From Bacteroidaceae bacterium (GTDB lineage Bacteria; Bacteroidota; Bacteroidia; Bacteroidales; Bacteroidaceae), in the NCBI GenBank assembly GCA_017647225.1, contig JAGCLA010000023.1, positions 198,663-262,662 of the forward strand: a stretch of DNA of 64,000 nucleotides, given 5' to 3'. Under the pieces are notes generated by a model, which saw nothing but the letters and a program-made list of their open reading frames with translations, did not search any database and was not told the origin of the DNA. Shown here in pieces: positions 10,407 to 20,831 of this stretch (position 1 is the first letter of the stretch; each line of letters opens with the position of its first letter). The position numbers were made by a program, and so were the translations under genes.

Positions 10407-10627
10407 AGTAAACTACAGACAAAAGCAAATACAAACACAAAAAAAGATATCAACAAAATAAACTTTTTAACACTCCATTTTTTGATTGGCACAGCAGCAT
10501 TGTACCACATCGCGAAAATGTTAATTTTTAATAACTTTATAAAGGAAAACTTGTATTTAAAAGTTTTTCGCTATATTGCAAACAAGAAAACAAAAACCGA
10601 TTATTAACCTCAATAAACCTCAAGATT

Positions 10628-10801
10628 ATGATTGTGTGGATAGTAATAGGAAGTGTTCTGATTATTGCCTTCTCCCTAAAGGCATTAATCAAATTACGAA
10701 GGAGGAAATATGCAAGCAATTATCATCCTAACATAAATACGAGAAAGAAAAGATTGAGGTTTGTAAACAGATTCCGCCACCTCGAGGGGGTCGGTGACTA
10801 A
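10628..10801 (+). CDS. Possible 57-aa small membrane protein upstream of fucI (weak)
   Basis: My own translation is [57 protein letters not shown]: one N-terminal hydrophobic helix, then a very basic tail. It is below the ORF-track size cutoff. It ends 53 nt before the fucI ATG, in the position where Bacteroides operons carry fucR. It could be a chance ORF in AT-rich DNA. Confidence 0.2.
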   Translation: MIVWIVIGSVLIIAFSLKALIKLRRRKYASNYHPNINTRKKRLRFVNRFRHLEGVGD

Positions 10802-10854
10802 ACAAGTGGATTATATATCAGAATTATATACAACAACACAAAATTAACATAGAG

Positions 10855-12630
10855 ATGAGCAAATATCCTAAAATTGGTATTCGCCCCACTATTGACGGTC
10901 GTCAGGGAGGCGTAAGAGAGAGTCTTGAAGAAAAGACAATGAATTTGGCAAAGGCAGTGGCGGAACTTATTTCCACAAACCTCAAACACCCAGACGGAAC
11001 ACCCGTTGAGTGTGTGATTGCCGACGGCACTATTGGACGTGTTGCCGAAACAGCAGCTTGTCAGGCAAAGTTTGAGCGCGAAGGTGTCGGTGCTACAATT
11101 TCTGTAACATCGTGCTGGTGCTACGGTAGCGAGACAATGGACATGCATCCTCACTGGCCAAAGGCTGTTTGGGGATTCAACGGAACAGAACGCCCTGGTG
11201 CTGTATATTTGGCAGCCGTTTTGGCAGGTCATGCACAGAAAGGCCTACCCGCATTCGGCATATACGGACATGATGTACAGGACCTTGACGACAACACTAT
11301 CCCTGCCGATGTAAGCGAGAAGATTCTCCGTTGGGCACGTGCAGCTGTTGCTGTTGCATCAATGCGTGGCGAGAGCTATCTTTCTATCGGTAGCCAGTGT
11401 ATGGGTATTGCAGGAAGTATTGTTGACCAGAACTTCTTCCAGGAGTATCTTGGCATGCGCAACGAGAGTGTCGATGAGACAGAAATTCTACGTCGCATGG
11501 ACGAAGGCATCTACGACCACGAGGAGTATGAAAAAGCGATGGCATGGACTGAAAAATACTGCAAGGTCAATGAAGGTTGGGACAAGAACCGCCCCGAAAA
11601 GCAGAAAGACCGCGCCGGCAAGGATGCCGATTGGGAATTTGTCGTGAAGATGACACTTATCGTCCGCGACTTGATGCAAGGCAACCCCAAATTGCGCGAA
11701 ATGGGATTCAAGGAAGAGGCTATCGGTCACAACGCCATAGCTGCAGGTTTCCAGGGACAGCGTCAATGGACCGACTGGAAGCCAAACGGCGACTTTACCG
11801 AGGCTCTCATGTGTAGCACATTCGACTGGAACGGCATACGCGAAGCATACATCGTTGCTACAGAGAATGACGCCTGCAATGCAGTAGCAATGATGTTCGG
11901 CAAGTTACTCACAGGTTGCGGACAGATGTTCTCGGATGTACGTACATACTGGTCACCCGAAGCTGTAAAACGCGTAACAGGAAAAGAACTTACAGGCTTG
12001 GCATCAGGTGGTATGATACACCTTATCAACTCAGGTGCAACAACATTGGACGCAACAGGCGCAAGCACCAACGCTGCAGGTGAGCCATGTATGAAACCTG
12101 CTTGGGAAATGACAGAAGCCGACGTTGAAGCTTGCCTTAAGAACACACATTGGCCACCTGCCGACCGCGACTATTTCAGAGGAGGCGGTTTCTCTTCAAA
12201 CTTCCTCTCAAAAGGCGGTATGCCTGTAACCATGAGCCGTCTGAACCTTATAAAAGGCTTAGGCCCTGTGCTTCAGATAGCAGAAGGATGGACAGCAGAT
12301 GTTGACCCAGAAATACATGATGTATTGAACATGCGTACCGACCCAACATGGCCAACAACTTGGTTTGTACCACGTCTTGACGAGACAAAAGCACCATTCA
12401 AAGATGTTTATTCTGTAATGAACAACTGGGGAGCCAACCATGGTGCAATAAGCTACGGCCACATTGGAGCAGACCTTATAACATTGGCATCGATGTTGCG
12501 TATTCCTGTATGCATGCACAATGTTGCCGAGGAGGATATATTCCGTCCCGCTTCATGGAATGCATTTGGCATGGACAAGGAGGGAGCCGACTACAGAGCT
12601 TGCCAGAACTATGGACCTATATATAAATAA
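10855..12630 (+). CDS. fucI: L-fucose isomerase
   Basis: 591 aa, the canonical FucI length. The N-terminus is [21 protein letters not shown]. Followed by fucA, fucK and fucP. Confidence 0.93.
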   Translation: MSKYPKIGIRPTIDGRQGGVRESLEEKTMNLAKAVAELISTNLKHPDGTPVECVIADGTIGRVAETAACQAKFEREGVGATISVTSCWCYGSETMDMHPHWPKAVWGFNGTERPGAVYLAAVLAGHAQKGLPAFGIYGHDVQDLDDNTIPADVSEKILRWARAAVAVASMRGESYLSIGSQCMGIAGSIVDQNFFQEYLGMRNESVDETEILRRMDEGIYDHEEYEKAMAWTEKYCKVNEGWDKNRPEKQKDRAGKDADWEFVVKMTLIVRDLMQGNPKLREMGFKEEAIGHNAIAAGFQGQRQWTDWKPNGDFTEALMCSTFDWNGIREAYIVATENDACNAVAMMFGKLLTGCGQMFSDVRTYWSPEAVKRVTGKELTGLASGGMIHLINSGATTLDATGASTNAAGEPCMKPAWEMTEADVEACLKNTHWPPADRDYFRGGGFSSNFLSKGGMPVTMSRLNLIKGLGPVLQIAEGWTADVDPEIHDVLNMRTDPTWPTTWFVPRLDETKAPFKDVYSVMNNWGANHGAISYGHIGADLITLASMLRIPVCMHNVAEEDIFRPASWNAFGMDKEGADYRACQNYGPIYK

Positions 12631-12641
12631 CAAACAGAATT

Positions 12642-13280
12642 ATGATTACAAAAGAGCATATTCAGGAGTTCCTTGCCCAGGCACACCGTTACGGAAATGA
12701 GAAATTAATGCTGTGCAGCAGCGGTAACCTGTCATGGCGTATTGGCGAAGAGGCCTTGGTGTCGGGAACAGGCTCATGGGTTCCAAACCTTAAAGAGGAA
12801 AAAGTTTCTATATGCAACATCGAGAGCGGTACACCTGTAAATGGAGTAAAACCATCAATGGAAAGTACATTCCATCTTGGAATTCTTCGTTCTCGCCCAG
12901 ACGTAAATGTGGTGCTTCATTTCCAATCGGAATACGCAACAGCCGTTGCATGTATGAAGAATAAACCCACAAACTTCAATGTTACAGCCGAAGTTCCTTG
13001 TCATGTCGGCAAAGAGATTCCGGTTGTACCCTATTACCGTCCGGGCTCGCCTGAACTTGCGGCAGCCGTTGTGGAAGCAATGAGAGAGCACAACTCTATT
13101 CTTCTCACAAATCACGGACAGGTTGTTTGTGGAAAAGATTTCGACCAGGTTTTTGAGCGTGCCACATTCTTTGAAATGGCATGTCGCATAATAGTCCAAA
13201 GCGGTGGCGATTACAGCGTACTCACACCCGAAGAAATCGACGACCTCGAAATATACGTATTGGGTAAAAAAACAAAATAA
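12642..13280 (+). CDS. fucA: Class II aldolase, L-fuculose-phosphate aldolase
   Basis: 212 aa, class II aldolase/adducin fold size. Operon context between fucI and the FGGY kinase. Confidence 0.8.
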   Translation: MITKEHIQEFLAQAHRYGNEKLMLCSSGNLSWRIGEEALVSGTGSWVPNLKEEKVSICNIESGTPVNGVKPSMESTFHLGILRSRPDVNVVLHFQSEYATAVACMKNKPTNFNVTAEVPCHVGKEIPVVPYYRPGSPELAAAVVEAMREHNSILLTNHGQVVCGKDFDQVFERATFFEMACRIIVQSGGDYSVLTPEEIDDLEIYVLGKKTK

Positions 13281-13284
13281 GCCC

Positions 13285-14703
13285 ATGATGAAAGAGACAT
13301 ATTTAGCTATTGACTTTGGCGGTGGAAGCGGACGTATTATGGCCGGTTCCATCGTCGAAGGCAAATTGGAACTTGAGGAGATTCACCGTTTCGGCAACAG
13401 ACAGGTAAAACTCGGCAACCGTCTTTATTGGGATTTCCTGTCACTTTTTCAGGACATGAAGAACGGCTTGAAATTGGCAGCACAGAAAGGTTACAATGTC
13501 AAGAGCATAGGCATTGACACATGGGGTGTCGATTTCGGTCTGATAGACAAGGAGGGTAATCTTTTAGGCAACCCTGTATGCTACCGCGACAGTCGCACCG
13601 AGGGACTTCCCGAGGAGTTTTTCTCATTTACCGACCGTAAAGAGCATTATGCCGAGACAGGAACGCAGGTAATAAACATCAACACTCTTTTTCAGCTTTA
13701 CAGCATGAAGAAAGAGAACAGCCCGTTACTTGCAGCTGCCGACAAATTGCTTTTCATGCCCGACCTCTTCAGCTACTATTTGACAGGAACAGCAAACAAC
13801 GAATACAGCATAGCATCAACGTCGGAGTTATTGGACGCTAAAAAACGCAATTGGTCCGAGAACCTGATTAAGCAGTTGGAACTTCCCCGTCACATCTTCG
13901 GTGAGATTGTAATGCCCGGCACAAAAAGAGGCAAGCTGAAGAAAGAGATAGCAGAAGAGACAGGCCTTGGAGAAGTTGAAGTAATAGCCGTAGGTTCACA
14001 CGACACAGCAAGTGCCGTATTTGCCGTTCCTTGCACACAAGGTTCCAACGCATTCTTGAGTTCCGGAACATGGTCGTTGCTCGGCACAGAGGTTGATGAG
14101 CCTGTGCTGACCGAAGAAGCACGCACAAACGGACTTACAAACGAAGGAAGCATCAATGGCAGAATACGTCTGTTGCAGAACATAACAGGACTATGGTTTA
14201 TCCAACGTCTTTTTGCCGAATGGCAAGAACGTGGCGAAACAACCGACTACAAAAGTATTATCGACGAGGCTGCCGCTTCAACAATTCGTTCAACCGTTCC
14301 GGTAGATGATGCCATGTTCACAAACCCCGCAAGCATGGAAAAGGCCATACAGGAGTATTGTGCAGAGCGTGGTTTGCAGATACCACACACAAAAGGTGAA
14401 TTCATGCGTTGCGTGACAGAATCATTGGCTTTGCGATACAAGCAAGGCATTGAACAGATGAACAGGTGTATTCCTTCTCCTGTTACACAGCTCAACATCA
14501 TAGGCGGTGGATGCCAGAATGAATTACTAAACCAGCTGACAGCAAATGCGATAGGAATACCTGTTCTTGCAGGTCCTGTCGAGGCAACAGCCATCGGTAA
14601 CATTCTCATGCAGGTAAAAGCAATGGGAGTTGTAACAGAAACCGATGAATTAAAAAGAATTGTCATAAACAGCGTAAAACCAAAGCTGTATCAACCTGAA
14701 TAA
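13285..14703 (+). CDS. fucK: FGGY-family sugar kinase (L-fuculokinase / rhamnulokinase-like)
   Basis: ORF 13204..14703, trimmed to the ATG at 13285 (MMKETYLAIDFGGGSGR, the FGGY N-terminal phosphate-binding motif). The longer version would overlap fucA by 77 nt. Confidence 0.85.
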   Translation: MMKETYLAIDFGGGSGRIMAGSIVEGKLELEEIHRFGNRQVKLGNRLYWDFLSLFQDMKNGLKLAAQKGYNVKSIGIDTWGVDFGLIDKEGNLLGNPVCYRDSRTEGLPEEFFSFTDRKEHYAETGTQVININTLFQLYSMKKENSPLLAAADKLLFMPDLFSYYLTGTANNEYSIASTSELLDAKKRNWSENLIKQLELPRHIFGEIVMPGTKRGKLKKEIAEETGLGEVEVIAVGSHDTASAVFAVPCTQGSNAFLSSGTWSLLGTEVDEPVLTEEARTNGLTNEGSINGRIRLLQNITGLWFIQRLFAEWQERGETTDYKSIIDEAAASTIRSTVPVDDAMFTNPASMEKAIQEYCAERGLQIPHTKGEFMRCVTESLALRYKQGIEQMNRCIPSPVTQLNIIGGGCQNELLNQLTANAIGIPVLAGPVEATAIGNILMQVKAMGVVTETDELKRIVINSVKPKLYQPE

Positions 14704-14707
14704 TATC

Positions 14708-16018
14708 ATGGAAAAGAAGAATAGACAAACAATTTTAAGTAAGGACGGAGTAAGTTATCTTATCCCATTCATACTGATAACTTCATGCTTTGCATTGTGG
14801 GGCTTTGCCAACGATATAACCAACCCTATGGTAAAAGCTTTTTCAAAAATTTTCAGAATGAGCGTTACCGACGGAGCATTGGTTCAGGTAGCTTTTTATG
14901 GCGGATATTTCGCTATGGCATTCCCTGCAGCATTGTTTATCCGCAAATACTCATATAAGGCAGGTATTTTGCTCGGTTTAGGATTATACGCAATTGGTGC
15001 ACTGTTATTCTTTCCTGCAAAGATGACAGGCCAATACTATCCATTCCTGTTGGCTTATTTTATTCTCACTTGCGGATTGTCATTCCTTGAAACAAGCGCA
15101 AACCCATACATTCTGACTATGGGCTCGGAAGAGACAGCGACACGCCGTCTTAATTTGGCACAGGCATTCAACCCTATAGGTTCATTGCTTGGTATGTATG
15201 TGGCGATGAACTTCATACAGGCGAAGCTGAACCCAATGGACACCGCAGAACGTGCCGGTTTATCAAACGAAGAATTTGAACTTCTGAAACAATCGGATTT
15301 GGGCATACTTATTGCACCTTATCTTATAATAGGAATAGTCATTGCAATAATTTTCTTGGTGATACTGTTTGCCAAGATGCCAAAGAGCAGCGATGATTCA
15401 GGAAAAGTAAGCTTCCTTTCTACATTAAAAAGGATATTCAGCATATCGAACTATCGCGAAGGTGTGATTGCACAATTCTTCTACGTAGGAGCGCAAATAA
15501 TGTGCTGGACATTTATCATACAATATGGCACAAGACTCTTCATGAGCAACGGTATGGAAGAAAAAGCAGCAGAAATACTGTCGCAGAAATACAATATCAT
15601 TGCAATGATACTGTTTTGTTGCAGCAGATTCATTTGCACATTCATTCTGAAGTATGTTAAACCGGGTAAACTGCTTGCAGTTTTGGCCATTGCCGCATGT
15701 TGCTTGACTTGCGGTGTAATACTGTTACAGGATATCTGGGGATTATATTGCCTTGTTGCCGTTTCGGGTTGCATGTCACTAATGTTCCCGACCATATACG
15801 GCATTGCACTCAAAGGAATGGGCGAAGACTCCAAGTTCGGAGCAGCAGGACTTATCATGGCCATTCTCGGCGGTTCTGTAATGCCACCCGTTCAGGCAGC
15901 AATAATAGATATGGGCACTATAGCAAACATGCCGGCAGTAAATATCTCGTTCATTCTGCCATTGATTTGCTTCGTGGTGATAAGCATATACGGATATCGC
16001 TCCAACAAACGAGGATAA
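14708..16018 (+). CDS. fucP: L-fucose:H+ symporter permease (MFS)
   Basis: 436 aa, about 12 TM segments, FucP-like sequence. It is the last gene of the fuc operon and is followed by a strong hairpin. Confidence 0.88.
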   Translation: MEKKNRQTILSKDGVSYLIPFILITSCFALWGFANDITNPMVKAFSKIFRMSVTDGALVQVAFYGGYFAMAFPAALFIRKYSYKAGILLGLGLYAIGALLFFPAKMTGQYYPFLLAYFILTCGLSFLETSANPYILTMGSEETATRRLNLAQAFNPIGSLLGMYVAMNFIQAKLNPMDTAERAGLSNEEFELLKQSDLGILIAPYLIIGIVIAIIFLVILFAKMPKSSDDSGKVSFLSTLKRIFSISNYREGVIAQFFYVGAQIMCWTFIIQYGTRLFMSNGMEEKAAEILSQKYNIIAMILFCCSRFICTFILKYVKPGKLLAVLAIAACCLTCGVILLQDIWGLYCLVAVSGCMSLMFPTIYGIALKGMGEDSKFGAAGLIMAILGGSVMPPVQAAIIDMGTIANMPAVNISFILPLICFVVISIYGYRSNKRG

Positions 16019-16019
16019 A

Positions 16020-16056
16020 CAATATCGGCAGACTTGAATCAAGTCTGCCGATATTG
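16020..16056. terminator. Bidirectional hairpin terminator between fucP (+) and pepP (-)
   Basis: CAATATCGGCAGACTT-gaatc-AAGTCTGCCGATATTG, a perfect 16-bp stem between the two convergent stops. Confidence 0.8.
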
Positions 16057-16066
16057 TTTATATCAA

Positions 16067-17458
16067 TTATTTATTATGCTCTTCTTCTATCTCCTCGGGT
16101 GACATTGGCTTGTATTTACCAAGACGACGCGCACCGCCTTCAAATACATAATAATCCTCTTCACCGCGCATACCGCCGAAATTCTTCCAAGCTTCGAGCT
16201 TGTCGTAGCAGATAAAATCGGTAAACTGCTTTTCGGCACGCCATTTGTCGATAAGATCAGGGATAAAGTATATTCCCGGCTCAACAGTGAACACAAAGCC
16301 CGGTTCCAGAGCCTTTGCCAAACGGAGCGACTTCCAACCAAACAAAGGACTCTTTGTGCGTCCTTCCTCATAACCAACATAAACTTCGCCGAGGTTCTCC
16401 ATATCGTGCACATCAAGTCCCATCATATGACCAAGGCCATGAGGCATGAACATACAGGTCGCGCCCTTTATTGTAGCCTCAACAGGGTCACCCTTCATAA
16501 GTCCGAGATCAATCATGCCCTTTGCTATTTCAGTAAGCACGAGTTTATGTACCTCGCGATACTCAATGCCCGGCTTGATGTTTTCAAGTGCAGTAAGGTG
16601 AGCACTACGAAGGATATTGCATACGGTGCGCTGCTGTTCGGTAAACTGTTTTCCTACAGGCATTGTCGTTGTCAAGTCGCCGGCGTAGTGCATGGCGTTC
16701 TCACAACCGGAGTCAAGCAAGAACATCTGTCCCTCTTTAAGCGGAGTTGTCCCGTATGCATGGTTATGCAATGTCTGACCGTTAATTGTTGCAATGACAG
16801 GGAACGAAAGGTTGAAATTATGCTTTTGGGCTTCGGCCTGAACAACGGCAACAATTTCGGCTTCGGTTGTTCCGGGGCGAACAGCACGCATAGCGGCACA
16901 ATGCATATCGACAGAGACATTTACTGCCTCTTCGATTTGAGCAATCTCCTCTTCGGTTTTATAGTTACGCTGTGCAATGACAGCCTTGATGAATTCCAAT
17001 GAAGCCTTTGCAGCCTGTTCAGCAGGGTTTATTCCGAGAAGTTCCTGCAACCAAACCTGATGCTCACCACGATAAGGAGGAAGGAAATGTACTTTCTTTC
17101 CCTTTGCCTGAGCGTCTTTTACGTATGTTGCAAGAGCAGACATCGGACGTATCTCTTCAATACCCACGCGCTCGCTCTTTTCCTTGATTGTAGGTTGCAC
17201 ACCGGTCCAAACAATATCATCTATTGTGAGTTCGTTACCGAAGATAATCTCCTTGTCGTTGTCTATATCGATAATGGCAGCCAACCCTTCATAATCCGAA
17301 GCAAAATAGTAGAGGAATGTCGAATCCTGACGGAAATAATATGTATTGTCGGCATAGTTCACACCTGTCAGATTGTTTCCCAAGAACAGCAACAAGCCAT
17401 TACCAACCTTCTCCTTCAACGCCTTGCGACGTGCAATATAAGTCTCTTTTGAAAACAT
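16067..17458 (-). CDS. pepP: Xaa-Pro aminopeptidase (M24B family)
   Basis: 463 aa. AMP_N-type N-domain plus an M24 catalytic domain with HGLGHMMGLDVHD and the ..VFTVEPGIY.. motifs. Confidence 0.88.
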   Translation of the reverse strand: MFSKETYIARRKALKEKVGNGLLLFLGNNLTGVNYADNTYYFRQDSTFLYYFASDYEGLAAIIDIDNDKEIIFGNELTIDDIVWTGVQPTIKEKSERVGIEEIRPMSALATYVKDAQAKGKKVHFLPPYRGEHQVWLQELLGINPAEQAAKASLEFIKAVIAQRNYKTEEEIAQIEEAVNVSVDMHCAAMRAVRPGTTEAEIVAVVQAEAQKHNFNLSFPVIATINGQTLHNHAYGTTPLKEGQMFLLDSGCENAMHYAGDLTTTMPVGKQFTEQQRTVCNILRSAHLTALENIKPGIEYREVHKLVLTEIAKGMIDLGLMKGDPVEATIKGATCMFMPHGLGHMMGLDVHDMENLGEVYVGYEEGRTKSPLFGWKSLRLAKALEPGFVFTVEPGIYFIPDLIDKWRAEKQFTDFICYDKLEAWKNFGGMRGEEDYYVFEGGARRLGKYKPMSPEEIEEEHNK

Positions 17459-17481
17459 AGTTATAAGTTTTTATTGTTTAT

Positions 17482-18225
17482 TTATCTTTTTATAACCGCT
17501 CGCAATGCAAACCACAGATGCCTGCCCACAGTAGGCAAGAGGCCGTAATGCCTGCTCATCACGCGAAAACGTTCCATAAGCGATTTGCGGTGATATTGCA
17601 AAGATAATCCGTTTTGCAGATAATTCACCACAACGGCATTTACATTAACCATTTTTTTTGCACGCTTCATGACCTTTATACACCAATCGACATCTGACGA
17701 CAAACGATATTCAAGGTCATACATCGGTACAATTTCACGACGGGCATAAAAGGCCTGATGACAAACGAGCATACCATTCTTGAAGCTGTGCCATGTAAGT
17801 TCCTTTGGTGCCTGCAGACGGCGCATACGTACAAAGTTACGGTTGATATCAACCTCGGCTGTCTCGCCATAGAGGACATCGGGCAATTCAGTTTCCCCAG
17901 CAATGGCATCAACAATTGTCCGGAGAGTATCAGGAGCAAAAAAAGCATCACCCGCATTCAGGAAACAGAGATAATCACCCTTTGCAAGAGATATACCCTT
18001 ATTCATTGCATCATATATTCCATTGTCACGTTCACTTACAATATGTGCAAATTCCATTCCGCTTGCCTTTGCAACCTCTACAGTGCCGTCAGTAGAGCCA
18101 CCATCGACAAGTATATACTCATAATCGGTATATGTCTGCGACAGTACACTTTCGAGTGTTACCCCTATCAGCGACGAGGCGTTATAAGTAACTGTTATTA
18201 TGGAAAATTTGGGATGCAACGCCAT
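17482..18225 (-). CDS. Glycosyltransferase family 2 (small, soluble, WcaE-like)
   Basis: 247 aa. FSIITVTYN..ILVDGGSTDGT..FLNAGDAF motifs of GT2 (GT-A fold). No hydrophobic segments. Confidence 0.85.
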   Translation of the reverse strand: MALHPKFSIITVTYNASSLIGVTLESVLSQTYTDYEYILVDGGSTDGTVEVAKASGMEFAHIVSERDNGIYDAMNKGISLAKGDYLCFLNAGDAFFAPDTLRTIVDAIAGETELPDVLYGETAEVDINRNFVRMRRLQAPKELTWHSFKNGMLVCHQAFYARREIVPMYDLEYRLSSDVDWCIKVMKRAKKMVNVNAVVVNYLQNGLSLQYHRKSLMERFRVMSRHYGLLPTVGRHLWFALRAVIKR

Positions 18226-18231
18226 TGCTCC

Positions 18232-20805
18232 TTATCTTTTAAATTTACGATATGCCCAAAGTGCCAATACGGCAAACACGGCAACACCTATCACTATCGA
18301 GAGATAAAGCGACCAGCGATGGCTCTTTGCCATAACCTCATCGTAACACTTGAACTCGATGGTATGTTCACCCGCAGGTACAGGCAATGCACGCAACACA
18401 TAGTTTGCACGTATCGGTTTAACCTCCTCACCGTCGATATAAGCCTTCCATGTCTTATAGTAAACCTCGGAGAAAACAGCCAATTTAGGTGCGGCGGCGT
18501 TGCTCTCGTAAACAATGTTTCCAGGGTTACGATATTCAGCCAACCAGATTTCACCTGCAGCATCATTCATATATTGTTCGGCATCGGGAAGATATTTTTC
18601 CCAAACAGTATCGACATGGGCAGTAAGTTTGTCAACGTTTTCTATTGCATCAATCTCTTCACGCGCACCGTTTACCCAATTTATGTCATTCACGAACCAA
18701 CAGTTTCCAAAGGCACCCGGCAAACCATATAAAGGAGTGTTTTCTACCACGCCTTCTTGAGTTATGATAAAACGGGTATTGAGCATGGATATAACATTCC
18801 AGTTCATCTTTGAAAGATGATTGTCTATAAGATCCTGGTATCTTGCCAATTTTGCGGGGCTGTATCCGCCGATAGATTTATGCTTATACGATGTATATGC
18901 TTCGTTGAACGGACTTGAAGTAAGATTGAACACACGATAATGCGGGTCGTTGCCTGCCAGACGCATTATCTCCTTGTCAACTTCAGTAACACGTATTTCT
19001 GTACTCTCCTTCTTTGGAATGAAATCATCGTGCGAGAGGAAGCGCCAGCTTACAGGCCACATATCCACAAGGAATGCCACCCCCAACAAAAGCACAAAAA
19101 CTCCATTCTTCAACTTGCCACGAAGATATACGAACATCAACAGGGCCGCAACGAGAATAAACGCGAAAGAACGCCAAGCGTCGGCAACAAGGAGCGACTC
19201 ACGTTCCTCAATCAAAGCCTTATACAGTTCGGGCATCTGTGCGATATTGCCGTCACCCGGTGACATGAAGTTGAACAGAGAACCGGCAAAGAGAATAAAG
19301 AAGAGTACAAGACCGCCCACAATTGCGAATGAAGAGTAAAGACCTTTCATTGCTGTCTGACGCGCCATATTGTCTTCTTTTGCCATTTCCATGAAACGTT
19401 TGACAGCCAATACTGCCATTATAGACATTGTAAGCGTAGTGATTACAAGAGCCATCGCAGGAGTACGGAACTTGTTGTAAAGCGGCAGATATTCAAACAA
19501 GAAATTGTTTATCACCGCCATATTGCGTCCCCAGGCAAGCACAAGTGAGAATACTGTCACAGCAAGCAGCCACCACTTTTCAGGCCCTTTGAGGATAAAC
19601 AATCCAAGCACAAACAAGAAGCATACAATAGCTCCTGCATACACAGGACCTTCGGTAAACGGCTGGTCACCCCAATATGTGGGAGCAGCGCTTACAAATT
19701 GTGCAGCCTCTCTGTTTATCTGTGTCCGCAGGTCGCGGTCGGAATTTAGGTAGCGTATAGCCTCAGCCCTTGTAACATCAGGATTCTGCTCTATGACCAT
19801 GTCAGCATAGCTGTTGAGCATCACCCTGCGGTAAGCATCGTACAAACCACTCTCCTTACCAACATCGTAATGCGATGAAGCACCATAGAAATCAGGAATA
19901 AGAAGTGTCATCGTTTCCATTTTTCCATAGCTCCAGCTGAAAGCATAATCGACATCAAGACCATTGTCCTTTTCACCTTCGGCAACACTGAGCTCAGAGC
20001 CTCCGCGCATAGAGTCCTTTGAGTAATCGTTTGTAGGAATAAGAATACCCACAGCAGGAGCAACAGCCATTAAGGCAACAACAGCAAGAACACCTGTAGC
20101 CTTAAAATAGTATGGCAACCATTTCTCGCGCTTTGCATATATGAAATATACTACGGCCATTATCAGTGCAGTCAGGAAAAGGTAGTATGTAACCTGCTGA
20201 TGACTCCAATATATGTTAAGACCGGCAAAGAGCAATGCCAAGAGGGCACCTGCAAGCAATTTACCCCTATAACAGAGAGCTATACCGCCAACGACAGGCG
20301 CAAGAGTTGCAATAACAAGACTCTTGTTCATGTGTCCGGCAGCTATTATTATGAAATTATACGAGCCTAACGTATATACTATTGAACCTGCCAGACTGAG
20401 CCAAGGGTTACAGCCAAAAGCAAGGAACATAAGATAGCAACCTATGAATGTCGCGAAGATACAGCCTATATGACGTGTTGACGCGCCAAAAGCCTTCAGT
20501 GTCACAAGATTCGCGAAGGGCTTGAAGACATTTGCCGGTTGCGGAGCATAAGTATAGTTACACGGCATACCCGAAAACATAGAATTCGACCAGTATGAAT
20601 ACTCACCGGTTTCATCATGGTAGTTACGGGCGTCTTTTCCCCAACCCAAAGAGCCTACGATGTCGGCTTGACGGACGTCCCTGCCTTCGAGAACAGGCTC
20701 AAAATATACCAATGTCAGCACAAGAAATGCCAACACTGCAATTATGTGCGGAACAACACCTTTCCAATTGAATTTAGAAGTCATATTATTCTGTTTTATA
20801 AACAA
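18232..20805 (-). CDS. YfhO-family polytopic membrane protein (GT-C-type glycosyltransferase family)
   Basis: 857 aa, with many TM segments in the N-terminal two thirds, a large soluble C-domain and a final TM anchor (LYLSIVIGVAVFAVLALWAY). This architecture and length are typical of YfhO-family proteins. An alternative start is the second Met at 20784. Confidence 0.75.
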   Translation of the reverse strand: MFIKQNNMTSKFNWKGVVPHIIAVLAFLVLTLVYFEPVLEGRDVRQADIVGSLGWGKDARNYHDETGEYSYWSNSMFSGMPCNYTYAPQPANVFKPFANLVTLKAFGASTRHIGCIFATFIGCYLMFLAFGCNPWLSLAGSIVYTLGSYNFIIIAAGHMNKSLVIATLAPVVGGIALCYRGKLLAGALLALLFAGLNIYWSHQQVTYYLFLTALIMAVVYFIYAKREKWLPYYFKATGVLAVVALMAVAPAVGILIPTNDYSKDSMRGGSELSVAEGEKDNGLDVDYAFSWSYGKMETMTLLIPDFYGASSHYDVGKESGLYDAYRRVMLNSYADMVIEQNPDVTRAEAIRYLNSDRDLRTQINREAAQFVSAAPTYWGDQPFTEGPVYAGAIVCFLFVLGLFILKGPEKWWLLAVTVFSLVLAWGRNMAVINNFLFEYLPLYNKFRTPAMALVITTLTMSIMAVLAVKRFMEMAKEDNMARQTAMKGLYSSFAIVGGLVLFFILFAGSLFNFMSPGDGNIAQMPELYKALIEERESLLVADAWRSFAFILVAALLMFVYLRGKLKNGVFVLLLGVAFLVDMWPVSWRFLSHDDFIPKKESTEIRVTEVDKEIMRLAGNDPHYRVFNLTSSPFNEAYTSYKHKSIGGYSPAKLARYQDLIDNHLSKMNWNVISMLNTRFIITQEGVVENTPLYGLPGAFGNCWFVNDINWVNGAREEIDAIENVDKLTAHVDTVWEKYLPDAEQYMNDAAGEIWLAEYRNPGNIVYESNAAAPKLAVFSEVYYKTWKAYIDGEEVKPIRANYVLRALPVPAGEHTIEFKCYDEVMAKSHRWSLYLSIVIGVAVFAVLALWAYRKFKR

Positions 20806-20831
20806 TTCTACAATACACTAACTGCAGGGGA

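Noticed and set aside
10361-10627. The nrdD upstream region checked for an NrdR box or a cobalamin-type riboswitch.
   Set aside because: I could not recognise NrdR-box palindromes or conserved riboswitch cores by eye. Only a TAnnTTTG promoter box is evident. A covariance-model scan would be needed to be sure.
17758-18732. 324-aa plus-strand ORF overlapping the GT2 and YfhO genes.
   Set aside because: It is entirely antisense to two genes with clear family signatures. The product is Cys/Ile/Phe-rich with no recognisable motif. This is a typical shadow ORF.
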